From Pseudomonadota bacterium (lineage in GTDB: Bacteria; Pseudomonadota; Alphaproteobacteria; Rhizobiales; Hyphomicrobiaceae), in NCBI GenBank assembly GCA_023430315.1, contig JAEZAW010000239.1, positions 5,592 to 69,591 of the forward strand: a stretch of DNA of 64,000 nucleotides, written 5' to 3'. The translations under genes were made by a program, and so were the position numbers. The notes under the pieces were generated by a model that did no database searches, was not told the origin of the DNA, and saw only the letters and a list, made by a program, of their open reading frames with translations. Shown in pieces: positions 31,735 through 42,299 of the stretch; positions within the stretch are counted from its first letter, which is position 1; each line of letters begins with the position of its first letter.

Positions 31735-31864
31735 GACCCTCAAGGCGCGGGGCGGAAAAATCGCCAAGCTTGCAAGGCATGGCGCACGATCCAGCGGAAG
31801 CCAGGACGCGCGCGCAGTTTCGTTGCCGACGATGTCAGCGTTAGCTGCTTATGCAGGAGCCTGG

Positions 31865-31965
31865 AAAAATGAGGGGAGGAGTGGCAGCACGCCGTCTAAC
31901 GCGGGCCGAGGACACGCAACGTCCCCTGTGCCACCACTCCCAAGAAAGAGATGAAGGTCATCTCA
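31865..31965 (-). ncRNA. Candidate structured RNA
   Basis: 13-bp stem ggagtggtggcac/gtgctgccactcc with two G-U pairs enclosing an inner hairpin, followed by tcccctcattttt. Confidence 0.3.
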
Positions 31966-32098
31966 GACAATCGCTTTGAGGTGCGTCAAAACGATTGCAG
32001 ATGCGGCACTTTGTAGATGCGAGCTGTGTTACTAAGAGTAGGAGTTGCCACGGCGGCGTAGTTGAACTCAATCCCCGAATGTGAGGCACAGCACCTAG

Positions 32099-32464
32099 AT
32101 GTGGAACTCCTCATGGCTGGCCAAGACGGCGTATGTCGTATCGATCCTCAACCTCATGGCACTCCCTGCTGAAAGCAATGAACTGACAAGAGGATACGCC
32201 ATAGCGGCCGAGAAATGCTCGCATTGCCATGCCATATCGCACGACGATATCCCGCCTCATGCGATCGTCATCCCGTTCAGGCAATTGTACACGCGGTTCC
32301 CAATTTCGATGCTGGTCGAGGCCCGAGAGCGCGGTGTGATTGCCGGGCACGATGAAATGCCAATGTTCTCGTTGACGATACCCGATGCGAACGCACTTCT
32401 TTCCTATATCGACTCACTGGCACCAAATGCTCCTGGGTATGTTCGTAACCAGAAAAATCGATAG
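32099..32464 (+). CDS. Monoheme cytochrome c
   Basis: Signal peptide, CSHCH, GHDEMPMF distal Met. Confidence 0.8.
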   Translation: MWNSSWLAKTAYVVSILNLMALPAESNELTRGYAIAAEKCSHCHAISHDDIPPHAIVIPFRQLYTRFPISMLVEARERGVIAGHDEMPMFSLTIPDANALLSYIDSLAPNAPGYVRNQKNR

Positions 32465-32823
32465 AGCCACATGCGGACCGTCAGGCCGTTCAGCCATTGA
32501 AGGTTACATCTCCGTGTAAACCTGTTCGGCGTCCATGTCTTGCGGTGCCATTATCGCCCGAAATGAACGAAAAAATGACCCCTGAAACGGGAAACAGAAA
32601 GAACGCTGGCTCGATGCTTTACGCGAGGCAGAGGTGCGATCGGCTGGCATCTACTCTGACCTACGTTGCGCCTCCGGCCGGCATATGCTGACCACCACGC
32701 CGACGCCTAATCCGTTAGAATTCGCCTTTGCCGCTCTGAGTGAGAGAATCTTGTGATCTTCCAACGCAACCCCTCCCGCCAACGAGAGTTTGGCAAGATA
32801 GATGTTCATTCTGAGGGGAAATC

Positions 32824-33516
32824 ATGCTCCGGAAGTTGCTTGGCGTTTTGGTGCTCACCGGGCTCGCTCAATCCGCATCGGCTCAGGATCGCATGGACTG
32901 GATGCCATGGAACCGGCCCGGCTATGCGCCGCCACCTTATGAAAGGCCCGCACCGCACGAGCGGGAGGCTATCGAGCCACCAGCGGTGATGAACCTAAGT
33001 GCGCCACCGGTCGTCCTCGACGGCGGACCTCGGCCAACAATCTCTTCTGCTTTGCCGGAGCGCGTCGCCTTTAGCAGCTCATATGCCGTTGGCACGATTG
33101 TCATCGATACCTCGGGGCGACGCCTCTATCTGGTGCAATCGCCCGAAGAAGCGCTGGTCTATCCGGTCTCGGTCGGCCGCGAGGGCTTTGCATGGACAGG
33201 GGCAGAAAAAATCAGCCGGATCGCAAGCTGGCCGGACTGGCATCCGCCGGCGGAAATGCGCGAGCGCGATCCGCGCCTCCCTGAGAAGATGACCGGTGGC
33301 GTCCGCAACCCGCTTGGTGCAAAAGCCCTTTATCTTGGAAACACCCTCTATCGCATTCACGGCACTGACAACGAGAGCACCATCGGACGCGCCTCGTCCT
33401 CCGGCTGCTTTCGAATGACGAACGGCCACGTGGTCGATTTGGCCTCGCGCGTTAGCACAGGCACCGCGGTGATCGTTCTCGACAAGCTCCCGCAAAACAT
33501 CGCAGGCCTTCGTTGA
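32824..33516 (+). CDS. L,D-transpeptidase (YkuD/ErfK family)
   Basis: NPLGAKALYL, RIHGT, SSGCFRM; signal peptide. Confidence 0.92.
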   Translation: MLRKLLGVLVLTGLAQSASAQDRMDWMPWNRPGYAPPPYERPAPHEREAIEPPAVMNLSAPPVVLDGGPRPTISSALPERVAFSSSYAVGTIVIDTSGRRLYLVQSPEEALVYPVSVGREGFAWTGAEKISRIASWPDWHPPAEMRERDPRLPEKMTGGVRNPLGAKALYLGNTLYRIHGTDNESTIGRASSSGCFRMTNGHVVDLASRVSTGTAVIVLDKLPQNIAGLR

Positions 33517-33600
33517 GGTAAAGAAGGCGCGACGCCGGACATTGGCCGACCGAACGAATCGTGATCAAGCTGGCTCGAAGGCAGATCACTTCGGACGCGC

Positions 33601-35682
33601 ATGATCGGAACTTCGCATCTTGAACAGCTCAATCCCGCCCAGCGGCGCTCAGTCGAGCATGGGGTGAGCGGGATTGGTGCCAATGTCGCGGGTCCGCTGC
33701 TCGTGATCGCGGGCGCCGGCTCTGGCAAGACGAACACACTCGCCCATCGCGTCGCCCATCTGCTTATGCACGGCGCCGACCCCAGCCGGGTGCTGTTACT
33801 GACCTTTTCGCGTCGTGCTGCCGCGGAGATGGAGCGACGTGCCGAGCGCATTGTGGCAGCGACGCGCGGCCAAGAATCCATTGCCGGGCGAAGCCCGATG
33901 AGCTGGTCCGGCACGTTTCACGCGGTCGGCGCCCGCCTGCTGCGTATGTACGCCAACTCGATCGGGCTCGAGCCCGGGTTCACGATCCATGATCGCGAAG
34001 ATTCTGCCGACCTCATCAATCTCGTCCGCCACGAGCTCGGATTCTCAGATAAGGAGAAGCGCTTTCCCTTGAAGGGCACGTGCCTCGGCATCTACTCGCG
34101 GGCGGTCAATGCGGCGGAGCCACTCGAGGTGGTGCTGCGCAAGCAGTTTCCGTGGTGTGCCGAGTGGGAGAACGAACTACGTGAATTGTTCGATGCCTAT
34201 GTCGAGGCCAAGCAGAAGCAGCACGTGCTCGACTACGATGACCTGCTTCTCTACTGGGGCGAGCTTATGCAGGTGCCCGAGCTCTCAGGTGAGATCGGCG
34301 CCATGTTTGATCATGTGTTGGTCGACGAATACCAGGACACGAACGCGCTACAGGCCTCAATCCTGCATGGCTTGAAGCCGGATGGCGCCGGCCTCACGGT
34401 CGTTGGTGATGATGCCCAAGCTATCTACGGCTTTCGTGCCGCCTCAGTGCGCAACATCCTCGATTTCCCGCAGCTGTTCGAGCCGCCGGCGGCCATTATC
34501 ACGCTGGAGCAGAATTATCGCTCGACGCAGCCAATTCTTACGGCCTCCAATGCTGTTATTGGGCTTGCCCGGGAGCGCTTCACCAAGGATCTGCACTCCG
34601 CGCGCACGTCGAGTGAGAAGCCAGCGCTCGTCACGGTCCCCGACGATTTGGGCCAGGTCAACTACATTGTGTCGGAGATCCTGGCGAGCCGAGAGGCTGG
34701 CGTGCGACTCAAGGAGCAGGCCGTGCTGTTTCGGACGGGGTCGCATAGCGCCATGCTCGAGATCGAGTTGACGCGGCGCAACATTCCTTTCGTGAAGTTC
34801 GGTGGATTGAAGTTCATCGAGGCCGCGCACGTAAAGGATCTGCTCGCGGTACTTCGTTGGGCCGAGAATCCAAATGATCGCGTGACCGGGTTTCGGGTCA
34901 TACAACTCCTTGAGGGTGTCGGACCGGGTACAGCCGGCCGAGTGCTCGACAGTATGGCGGGCCGATCACCGACGGATGCGCTTGCGCTGTTCTGTCCGCC
35001 TGCCAAAACCGCTGACCAGTGGCGTGATTTGGTCGAGCTGATGCGGCGCTTAATGGACCCGGGAGCATCGTGGCCGAGCGATATGGATCTTGCCCGGCAA
35101 TGGTACCAGCCGCATCTCGAGCAGAACTATCCCGATGCTCTTATCCGTGCCGGCGATCTCGATCAGCTGCAGCGCATGGCCACTGGCTACCCCACGCGTG
35201 CCCGCTTTCTGACCGATCTCACGCTCGACCCACCGAGTGCCACAAGTGACGAGTCGGGCTCACCTTCTCGTGATGAGGACTATTTGATCCTGTCCACCAT
35301 TCACTCCGCCAAAGGGCAGGAGTGGAAGTCGGTATTCGTGCTCAATGTCGTCGACGGCTGCATTCCCTCCGATCTCGGAACCGGCTGCTCAGATAATATC
35401 GAGGAAGAGCGCCGGCTGCTCTATGTCGCCATGACGCGGGCGAAGGACCGGCTTAGCCTTGTGGTGCCGCATCGCTTCTACATCACCCAGCAAGCAAAGC
35501 ACGGGGACAAGCATCTCTACGCCATGAGGTCTCGCTTCATCCCGACATCGATTGTCCATTTGTTTGAGCAGCGAGCATGGACAAATGTGGCCAGGTCAGC
35601 GCATGTGAAGTCGGCAGCTAGCAGTGTATCTGTCGATATCAGCGCGCGCATGCGAGGGCGGTGGCGACAGTCCGGCGCGTGA
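33601..35682 (+). CDS. UvrD/Rep family ATP-dependent helicase
   Basis: AGAGSGKT, VDEYQD, GDDAQAIYGFR, STIHSAKGQEW, EEERRLLYVAMTRA. Confidence 0.95.
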   Translation: MIGTSHLEQLNPAQRRSVEHGVSGIGANVAGPLLVIAGAGSGKTNTLAHRVAHLLMHGADPSRVLLLTFSRRAAAEMERRAERIVAATRGQESIAGRSPMSWSGTFHAVGARLLRMYANSIGLEPGFTIHDREDSADLINLVRHELGFSDKEKRFPLKGTCLGIYSRAVNAAEPLEVVLRKQFPWCAEWENELRELFDAYVEAKQKQHVLDYDDLLLYWGELMQVPELSGEIGAMFDHVLVDEYQDTNALQASILHGLKPDGAGLTVVGDDAQAIYGFRAASVRNILDFPQLFEPPAAIITLEQNYRSTQPILTASNAVIGLARERFTKDLHSARTSSEKPALVTVPDDLGQVNYIVSEILASREAGVRLKEQAVLFRTGSHSAMLEIELTRRNIPFVKFGGLKFIEAAHVKDLLAVLRWAENPNDRVTGFRVIQLLEGVGPGTAGRVLDSMAGRSPTDALALFCPPAKTADQWRDLVELMRRLMDPGASWPSDMDLARQWYQPHLEQNYPDALIRAGDLDQLQRMATGYPTRARFLTDLTLDPPSATSDESGSPSRDEDYLILSTIHSAKGQEWKSVFVLNVVDGCIPSDLGTGCSDNIEEERRLLYVAMTRAKDRLSLVVPHRFYITQQAKHGDKHLYAMRSRFIPTSIVHLFEQRAWTNVARSAHVKSAASSVSVDISARMRGRWRQSGA

Positions 35683-36117
35683 AGCCCGCACGGGGCAGGA
35701 CGAGTTTTTTCAAAGCAGACTGCAGGAGCCCTTGGCTCATCACCGGAAGCCTCTCGAGCCCTTACCGAACGATTAAACCGACGTTGCTGCCGGAGATGAC
35801 GCGCCTTTGACGGCTGTCGAGACTGGCGCCTGCAGCGCCTTCTCCTGCTCGACCAGCATTTGAATCGCTAAGTGCAGTACTGGTGGAAGCACCTCGACGG
35901 GCCTGTATTGAAGCCTTAATCCCTGACCCAGAGACTTTACCATCGGTTACCTCTCGCAAGCTGATTGATAAGCGCGGAACGACTGCACGAGTCCGAGGTT
36001 CCCCGTGAGAGCAGAAACATATTTCGCGCGATTTTTAAAAATCAGAAGGGTTTGATTCCCAAGCCGCTGCTTTCGTGTGGCAAGTCCTCACTCCGGTTAG
36101 ATGGTTTGGTGCACGAG

Positions 36118-36948
36118 ATGAAGATCGCAACGTTCAACATCAGCAATATCAACCACCGCTTGCCGACCTTGCTGCGATGGCTGAAGGAGGCCGCGCCCGA
36201 TGCTGTCTGCCTGCAGGAACTCAAATGTACTGACGAGCAATTCCCCGTCGATGCCATCCGGAGGGCTGGCTACCACGCTGTATGGAAGGGTCAGCGCACC
36301 TGGAACGGCGTCGCAATCTTGGCCAGGAGGGCTGAACCGATCGTCACGCGAACGGCCCTCCCTGGTGATGCCGCGGATAGGCAGGCGCGATACATTGAGG
36401 CGGCGGTCGACGGCGTGCTCCTGAGCTGTATCTATTTGCCAAATGGAAATCCGCAACCCGGGCCAAAATTTGATTACAAGCTCGCCTGGTTCAAGCGTTT
36501 GTCGACGCACGCAAAATCACTTCTGAAGGAGGGTGTTCCCACCGTTCTGGCCGGCGACTTCAATGTGGCGCCGACACCGATCGATATCTATCCCACGACC
36601 TCATGGGACAATGATGCGCTTGTGCATCCGAAAAGCCGCCTTGCTTACGCGCGACTTATCGATCAGGGATGGGCCGACGCTCTGCGGGTGATCTATGGCG
36701 ATGCCCGCGTCTACACGTTCTGGCACTACATGCTTCGTCGATGGGAACGTGATGCCGGACTCCGGCTGGATCATCTCTTGCTGAGCCCGGGCATCGCATC
36801 GCAGTTGCGATCGGCTGGTGTCGATCGCGCGACACGAGGTGAAGTCGGATCGAGCGATCACGCTCCCGTTTGGATCGAGCTTAAGGCGCCTCAACACGCC
36901 AGACGTCCCTCGCCGTCAGCGAAGCGCCGCCGCACCACGAATGCCTGA
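36118..36948 (+). CDS. xth: Exodeoxyribonuclease III
   Basis: KIATFN, CLQELK, YLPNG, GDFN, RLDH, SDHAPV. Confidence 0.92.
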   Translation: MKIATFNISNINHRLPTLLRWLKEAAPDAVCLQELKCTDEQFPVDAIRRAGYHAVWKGQRTWNGVAILARRAEPIVTRTALPGDAADRQARYIEAAVDGVLLSCIYLPNGNPQPGPKFDYKLAWFKRLSTHAKSLLKEGVPTVLAGDFNVAPTPIDIYPTTSWDNDALVHPKSRLAYARLIDQGWADALRVIYGDARVYTFWHYMLRRWERDAGLRLDHLLLSPGIASQLRSAGVDRATRGEVGSSDHAPVWIELKAPQHARRPSPSAKRRRTTNA

Positions 36949-36957
36949 TATCGCGCT

Positions 36958-37143
36958 ATGGGCGATAGGATGTTGGGGACCTCCCTTCACTTCCTCGGCG
37001 ATCAATCAGGCTCTCGCCGCCACATCGAGCGCATGCTCGACCAATACGCTCCACAATGCCGTCGCGCGCGAATCGTTCGCTACGAGTGCGATGCGCGCGT
37101 GACGGCCATGATGACGCTTTCGCGCGTACTGTGGCTCCAAGGT
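36958..37143 (+). pseudogene. Internal remnant of a winged-helix/ATPase regulator C-terminal region
   Basis: GDRMLGTSLHFLGDQSGSRRHIERML...LSRVLWLQG pattern recognised by eye. Confidence 0.45.
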
Positions 37144-37497
37144 TCGGGCAGCCGTCGTGAAACTTCAGTCGGCGCGGCTCTTCCAGTATTACGCAGTGTT
37201 CCCTTGTTGCTTTGGCGGAAGGTCTCGCGGCTGGTCGTACAAAGGAGTAGGGCGTCTGCGATAGAGGGGGAGCCGCCTCCGTTTCCGATGAACCCACCCA
37301 ATTGTGCAAGCTAGCCCGATAGTTCTCTGGCAACGGGTTTCTCGGACTTAGTGGTCCAAGGAGCTGAAGTTGCCAGCGGAGGAGCGTAAGCAGAACGGCG
37401 GCCAACTGAGGGTTTGAAAGAGAACATATCGGGCCTCTTGTCAGGCCCCTGGTCTCGAAAAGGGAATGTCAGCCACGACCAGTGGCAACGTCACAGC

Positions 37498-38364
37498 TCA
37501 GGGGACGGTGCGAGCGACCCTGAACCCGATCTTGTCATCGGCGTGTCCAGCAGGATTATGACCGCGGTAGTCGGACTGAATGCGCCGGGGGTCACTATGC
37601 CATGCACCTCCTCGAATAACCCGCTGAGAGCAAGCCTCTGTCAGTACGGCCGAAGCCGTGACTCGTTCGAGTTTGAGACCTGAAAAGCAGTCTTCAGTCC
37701 ACTCATAGACATTTCCGTGCATGTCGTGGAGGCCGAAGGAATTGGCCGGAAATTGCGCGACTGGTGCGGTTTGTATCCAACGATCTTGCCCAGCAGATGC
37801 GCCTGAGCATGGAGCACATTGCTCGTTCCCGAAGTTGGCAAAGGTCCTGTCGGCGGAGCGGCCCCATGGGAAAGGCGTGCGTGTCTGAGCGCGCGCCGCA
37901 TACTCCCATTCAGCCTCAGAGGGTAATCTGTATTGCCGTCGCGATTTCGTACTGATCCAGCGAATGTAGTCCTGCGCGTCATGCCACGTGACATAAGTGA
38001 CGGGATGATCACTGTCCCGATTGGCATGGTGGAGTAAGGGCCGTGCGCTACAACCCTGCTCTGCGACGCACGCTCGCCATTGTGAGATCGTCACTTCGGT
38101 GCGGCTGAGAGCAAAGGCCTCGACATCGACGGTTCGAAGTGGTGGTAGCGCTCCAATCGCAAGCCAACTTGCCAGAGTTTCGCGTAATCTCAGCTGACGG
38201 CCCATGTGGAATGTGCCGGCAGGTATAAGCACCATCTCGGGACAGGGCTCGCAGTCGATCGACACGTGAGTGCTCGGCCGATCTTCGGGTTGGGCCCGCC
38301 ATAGGCCCCATGCAAGTGCTGAAGCTGATGCGATCGTCGCGAGGATAGCCAGTTTCCAGAACAC
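37498..38364 (-). CDS. Formylglycine-generating enzyme (FGE-sulfatase) domain protein
   Basis: CPEMVLIPAGTFHMG, YRLPSEAEWEYAAR, FGLHDMHGNVYEW, RGGAW, IGFRVAR. Confidence 0.9.
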   Translation of the reverse strand: MFWKLAILATIASASALAWGLWRAQPEDRPSTHVSIDCEPCPEMVLIPAGTFHMGRQLRLRETLASWLAIGALPPLRTVDVEAFALSRTEVTISQWRACVAEQGCSARPLLHHANRDSDHPVTYVTWHDAQDYIRWISTKSRRQYRLPSEAEWEYAARAQTRTPFPWGRSADRTFANFGNEQCAPCSGASAGQDRWIQTAPVAQFPANSFGLHDMHGNVYEWTEDCFSGLKLERVTASAVLTEACSQRVIRGGAWHSDPRRIQSDYRGHNPAGHADDKIGFRVARTVP

Positions 38365-38880
38365 GCTCTTGCTCGTGGCTTATTGAGTTGACCACTACTC
38401 ACGTCACAACGGAAGATTCGCAAGGGCATCGCGAAAATTGAATTGTGTTTGATTGGCAGTGAACCAATCCGGATCCAGCCTGAAGGGGCGGACATCAAGG
38501 GCGTTGGAAGACGCATCGCTGGGCTCCCGAAAGTCATGAAGAACTTGCTCGCCTTAATTCAACAGAGGCTCGATCTCGTAGCGGCGCGCGCGGAGATACC
38601 CATCAGCATCCTGCTTCGGCGGGTGGCGGCTGAGTAAGGTATGAAGCGCCCGTCGGGTGCGAGCGAGGCATCTATGAAGTGATGTCGTCCCGATCGCAAA
38701 AAAAAATCCAACGATGCAACCTCTGCGATTAGATCAGGGTAAGGACGACCATCGCTATTGTGCAACATACAACCTTGAATCGCTGTTGATAGCGGATTTG
38801 CAGGCTTGTCGGACGCTACTGCACCTTAGCTAATGCCCACATCGCCTATTAGTGGGTGCCGATTTTTGGAGGGGTTTGTG

Positions 38881-39579
38881 ATGGAGCATTCTAGACACGT
38901 TGGTTCTGCCCAGCGCCCGGACGCTCGCCTTAGTCGCCGAAGCCTTGTGGCTGCCGGTGCCCTCCTAGCCACCTTGGGTCCTGCCGCGGCGTCTCGGGCG
39001 TTCGCTGATAATCCCAACGAAGGAAATATCCCTGGCTGCGTGCCCTCTAACACTCAGCCGAAGAAGTGCGTCTGTTTCCTTCGCGGAACACGTCTTCAGA
39101 CGCCGAGCGGTGATATCGCAATTGAAGCGCTCAGGATTGGCGACCACGTTACATTGCATGGTGGCGACGTTCGCACGATTAGATGGATCGGGAGGCTGGA
39201 TTATCCAAAGGCAGGCGGATGGAGCAAAGAGGTGCTGCCAGTTCGCATCGCTAAGGGCGCGCTCGGACAGGACATGCCGCATCGGGACCTCTTTGTCTCG
39301 CAAGCGCATCTGCTGTACCTCAACGGCGTTCTGATCCCGGCGTCGGACATCATAAACGGCATTACCATCTCCGTCGTAACTCCGGAGAGCGATACGCTTC
39401 AATACGTCCACGTCGAGCTAGATCATCACGCCGTTCTCGTTGCGGAGGGCGCGCCGTGCGAGAGCTTCAGAAATGCGCACGAGAGCTGGCGCACATTCGA
39501 CAACGCCTCCTCGACAGCATATGGTTTCCTGATCAGCTCGAAACCGTGCCGGCCATCCTCGGCCAGCACTTGGCTATAG
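38881..39579 (+). pseudogene. Tat-exported Hint (bacterial intein-like) protein, C-terminally truncated near 39507
   Basis: SRRSLV signal, CFLRGTRLQTP Hint start, VSQAHLL, YVHVELDHHAVLVAEGAPCESF; tail is the antisense of the neighbouring kinase. Confidence 0.8.
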
Positions 39580-42299
39580 CCGGAGGTAAGCACGACCGGC
39601 AGCCCTGGATAGCGGCGCCGGATCTCTTGACCCAGCTCGACCCCGTCGATCCCGGACATCACTACGTCCGAGAACACTGCGTCGAAAACGTTGGCTTCGG
39701 ACAGGATGCGGAGCGCCTCATCGCCGGTCGAAGCCCAGGTGGTCTCGTAGCCGAGTTCCTGCAGGATCTGCATCGAGAACTGGCCCACCTCGATGTCGTC
39801 CTCCACTACGAGTATCTTGCGCCCTCGGCCGTCCTCCGCGATAGGACTGGCGCGTCGTTCGTGGCCCCCGCGGACTTGCGCTTCAACGCCGTCGCGATGT
39901 GGAAGAAAGAGCGTGAAAGTCGTGCCTCGGCCGACGGCGCTCTCCACCGCGACATCGCCCCCCGATTGCTTTGCGAAGCCGAACACCTGGGAAAGACCGA
40001 GGCCCGTGCCTTTGCCAACTCCCTTCGTGGTATAGAACGGCTCGAAGATCTGGCCGAGCTGATCGCCAGGAATGCCGCAGCCCGTATCAGTGATCGACAC
40101 CGCCACGAACCGACCCTTGCCAGGAGCCTGCCCGCGCACTGACGGCACCTGGGACGTCTCGTCGACACGAACAATCAGCCGCCCCTCACCGTTCATCGCG
40201 TCGCGTGCGTTCACGACCATGTTGACGAGTGCGGTCTCGAACTGGCTAGCATCCGCCTCGACGAAGCAGCGTTCGCAATCCGTCTGGATGGCGAGCTCGA
40301 CCCGAGAGCCCGCGATCGTCCGCAGCATCTCCCTGATCGAGCGTATCCGCTGGACGGGGTCGAACACCTCGGGCTTAAGCACTTGGCGACGAGCGAAGGC
40401 GAGGAGCTGGCCGGTGAGCTTTGAGGCGCGGTCCACGGTCTCGCTAATGGCCTCCACATATCGGCTGCGCCGATTCTCGGCGAGGCCCGGCCTGCGCAGC
40501 AAGTCGGTGGCGGAGCGAATGATGGTGAGAAGGTTGTTGAAGTCGTGAGCCACGCCCCCGGTTAGTTGTCCTATGGCTTCGAGCTTCTGAGCCTGTCGCA
40601 GGGCATTTTGAGCGCGCTTCAGCTCGGTTATGTCACGGCCCTCGGCGACCAGCCAGACGGCCTCGCCGTGCTCGTCCCGCACTGGCTTGAGCGAGAAGTC
40701 TACCGTGGCCCGAACCTCACCGGCGCCGCGCATCTCGTGCTCCTCACGCACCGTCTCACCTGAAGCTGCGCGCTCGATCCCGGCTTTGACAGCTGCTTGG
40801 AGTTCAGGATTGCCGCGCATCGGCGCCGCAAGCCAAAACGGTTTACCGACGATGTCGCGCGGCTCGATTTGGCTCCAGTGCAGCGCCGTCTGGTTCACCT
40901 CGACCACGGTACCCGCGGGCGTCAGCAACGCCATGAATTGAAGAGCGGAGTCGAAAATACCCCGGAATCGCCGCTGGCTCTCGGCCAGCTCTGCCGTCCG
41001 CTCGGCAACGCGGCGCTCGAGTGTGTCGTTGAGCTCCTGCAGGTGGCCTTCGGCGAGCTTGCGCTCGTGAATATCGGTGGACGTGCCGAACCAAGTGATG
41101 ATCGCGCCGGATGCATCCCGCAACGGCTCGGCGCGGGCGACGTACCAGCGATAGGCGCCGTCGCGCCTGCGGTAGCGTACTTCGATCTCGTAAAAGTCCT
41201 CGCGCGCCCGGGCCTCTGCCCAGGCAATTGCAGTGCGCTCAATGTCGTCTGGATGCAACACCTTCGCCCAACCGTCGGGCAGCGCGTCGGCTTCGGTCTG
41301 GCCCGTGTACTCGTACCAGCGATCATTGAAGTAGTGCAGGTGACCATCGGGCGTGGCGAACCAGATAAAGGCCGGCACGGCGTTGGTAATGGTGCGCAGC
41401 CGCGCCTCGCTCTCGCGAAGCTGACTTTCAACTTCCCGTCTCTCGTCAATGTCGATGACCGAACCGATGAAGCCTAGGAACGTACCGGCCTCGTCAAAAC
41501 GGGGCGATGCCGTGTCGAGAGCCCAGCGATAAACACCGTCGGCCCGGCGCAGCCTATATTCGAGGCGGACGGCCTCTCGCTTGGCGTTGGCTGCGAGAAA
41601 GACCTCGCTCGACCACGCACGGTCGTCCCGGTGCACGGCATCGAGCCAGCTGAAGTCCCCCGTATCCTCGGGCCTCTGGCCGGTGAACTCGTACCAGCGC
41701 GCGTTGAGATACACGCAGGAGCCACTCGGATCGCTGACCCAGGTCATCACCGGCGCATTGTCGGCCATGTTGCGAAAACGCTCCTCGCTCTCGCGTAACC
41801 GACGTTCGGCAAGCACATTAGCCGTGGTTTCAGTGCAGGCGCAGTACATGCCGGAAACCTGACCGCTCTCGTCGCGCACCGGGGAGTATGAAAAGGTGAA
41901 CCACGTATCTTCGTCGTAGCCGCGCCGGTTCATCGTCAGTGGTAGGTTTTCCCGATAAATGGCTTGCCCCGACATGGCAGCATCGATCAATGGTGAGATG
42001 TCCGGCCAAATCTCCGACCAAATGTCGAAGAAGCGCGCACCGAGCGCACGCGGATGCTTGGCACCAAGAATCTGGGCGTAGGGGTCGTTGTAAAGAAACC
42101 CAAGGTCCGCTCCCCAAGCCACGAACATGGGAAACTTTGAATTGAGCATCAGCCCGACGACAGACCGCAGAGATTGCGGCCAGTCCTGCGGCGGGCCTAG
42201 CGGCGAGTTGGCCCAGTTGTGGGCGCGCATAAGTGCGCCGACGTCCCCGCCTCCATGGAGAAAAGAAAGTTGTTCAAACTCCTCGGCTCTATAGGACAC
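39426..42299 (-). CDS. Multi-PAS hybrid histidine kinase, last REC helix replaced by a junction
   Basis: PAS/PAC repeats, GGVAHDFNNLLT, GKGTGLGL, REC to KPYAVEE; GTG after AGGAG. Confidence 0.9.
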   Translation of the reverse strand: MSYRAEEFEQLSFLHGGGDVGALMRAHNWANSPLGPPQDWPQSLRSVVGLMLNSKFPMFVAWGADLGFLYNDPYAQILGAKHPRALGARFFDIWSEIWPDISPLIDAAMSGQAIYRENLPLTMNRRGYDEDTWFTFSYSPVRDESGQVSGMYCACTETTANVLAERRLRESEERFRNMADNAPVMTWVSDPSGSCVYLNARWYEFTGQRPEDTGDFSWLDAVHRDDRAWSSEVFLAANAKREAVRLEYRLRRADGVYRWALDTASPRFDEAGTFLGFIGSVIDIDERREVESQLRESEARLRTITNAVPAFIWFATPDGHLHYFNDRWYEYTGQTEADALPDGWAKVLHPDDIERTAIAWAEARAREDFYEIEVRYRRRDGAYRWYVARAEPLRDASGAIITWFGTSTDIHERKLAEGHLQELNDTLERRVAERTAELAESQRRFRGIFDSALQFMALLTPAGTVVEVNQTALHWSQIEPRDIVGKPFWLAAPMRGNPELQAAVKAGIERAASGETVREEHEMRGAGEVRATVDFSLKPVRDEHGEAVWLVAEGRDITELKRAQNALRQAQKLEAIGQLTGGVAHDFNNLLTIIRSATDLLRRPGLAENRRSRYVEAISETVDRASKLTGQLLAFARRQVLKPEVFDPVQRIRSIREMLRTIAGSRVELAIQTDCERCFVEADASQFETALVNMVVNARDAMNGEGRLIVRVDETSQVPSVRGQAPGKGRFVAVSITDTGCGIPGDQLGQIFEPFYTTKGVGKGTGLGLSQVFGFAKQSGGDVAVESAVGRGTTFTLFLPHRDGVEAQVRGGHERRASPIAEDGRGRKILVVEDDIEVGQFSMQILQELGYETTWASTGDEALRILSEANVFDAVFSDVVMSGIDGVELGQEIRRRYPGLPVVLTSGYSQVLAEDGRHGFELIRKPYAVEEALSNVRQLSCAFLKLSHGAPSATRTA

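Noticed and set aside
33601..35682. UvrD-like helicase as part of a Gabija or other defence system
   Set aside because: No adjacent OLD/TOPRIM nuclease; neighbours are an L,D-transpeptidase and xth
37498..38364. FGE-domain gene as a diversity-generating retroelement target
   Set aside because: No reverse transcriptase and no template repeat seen in the window
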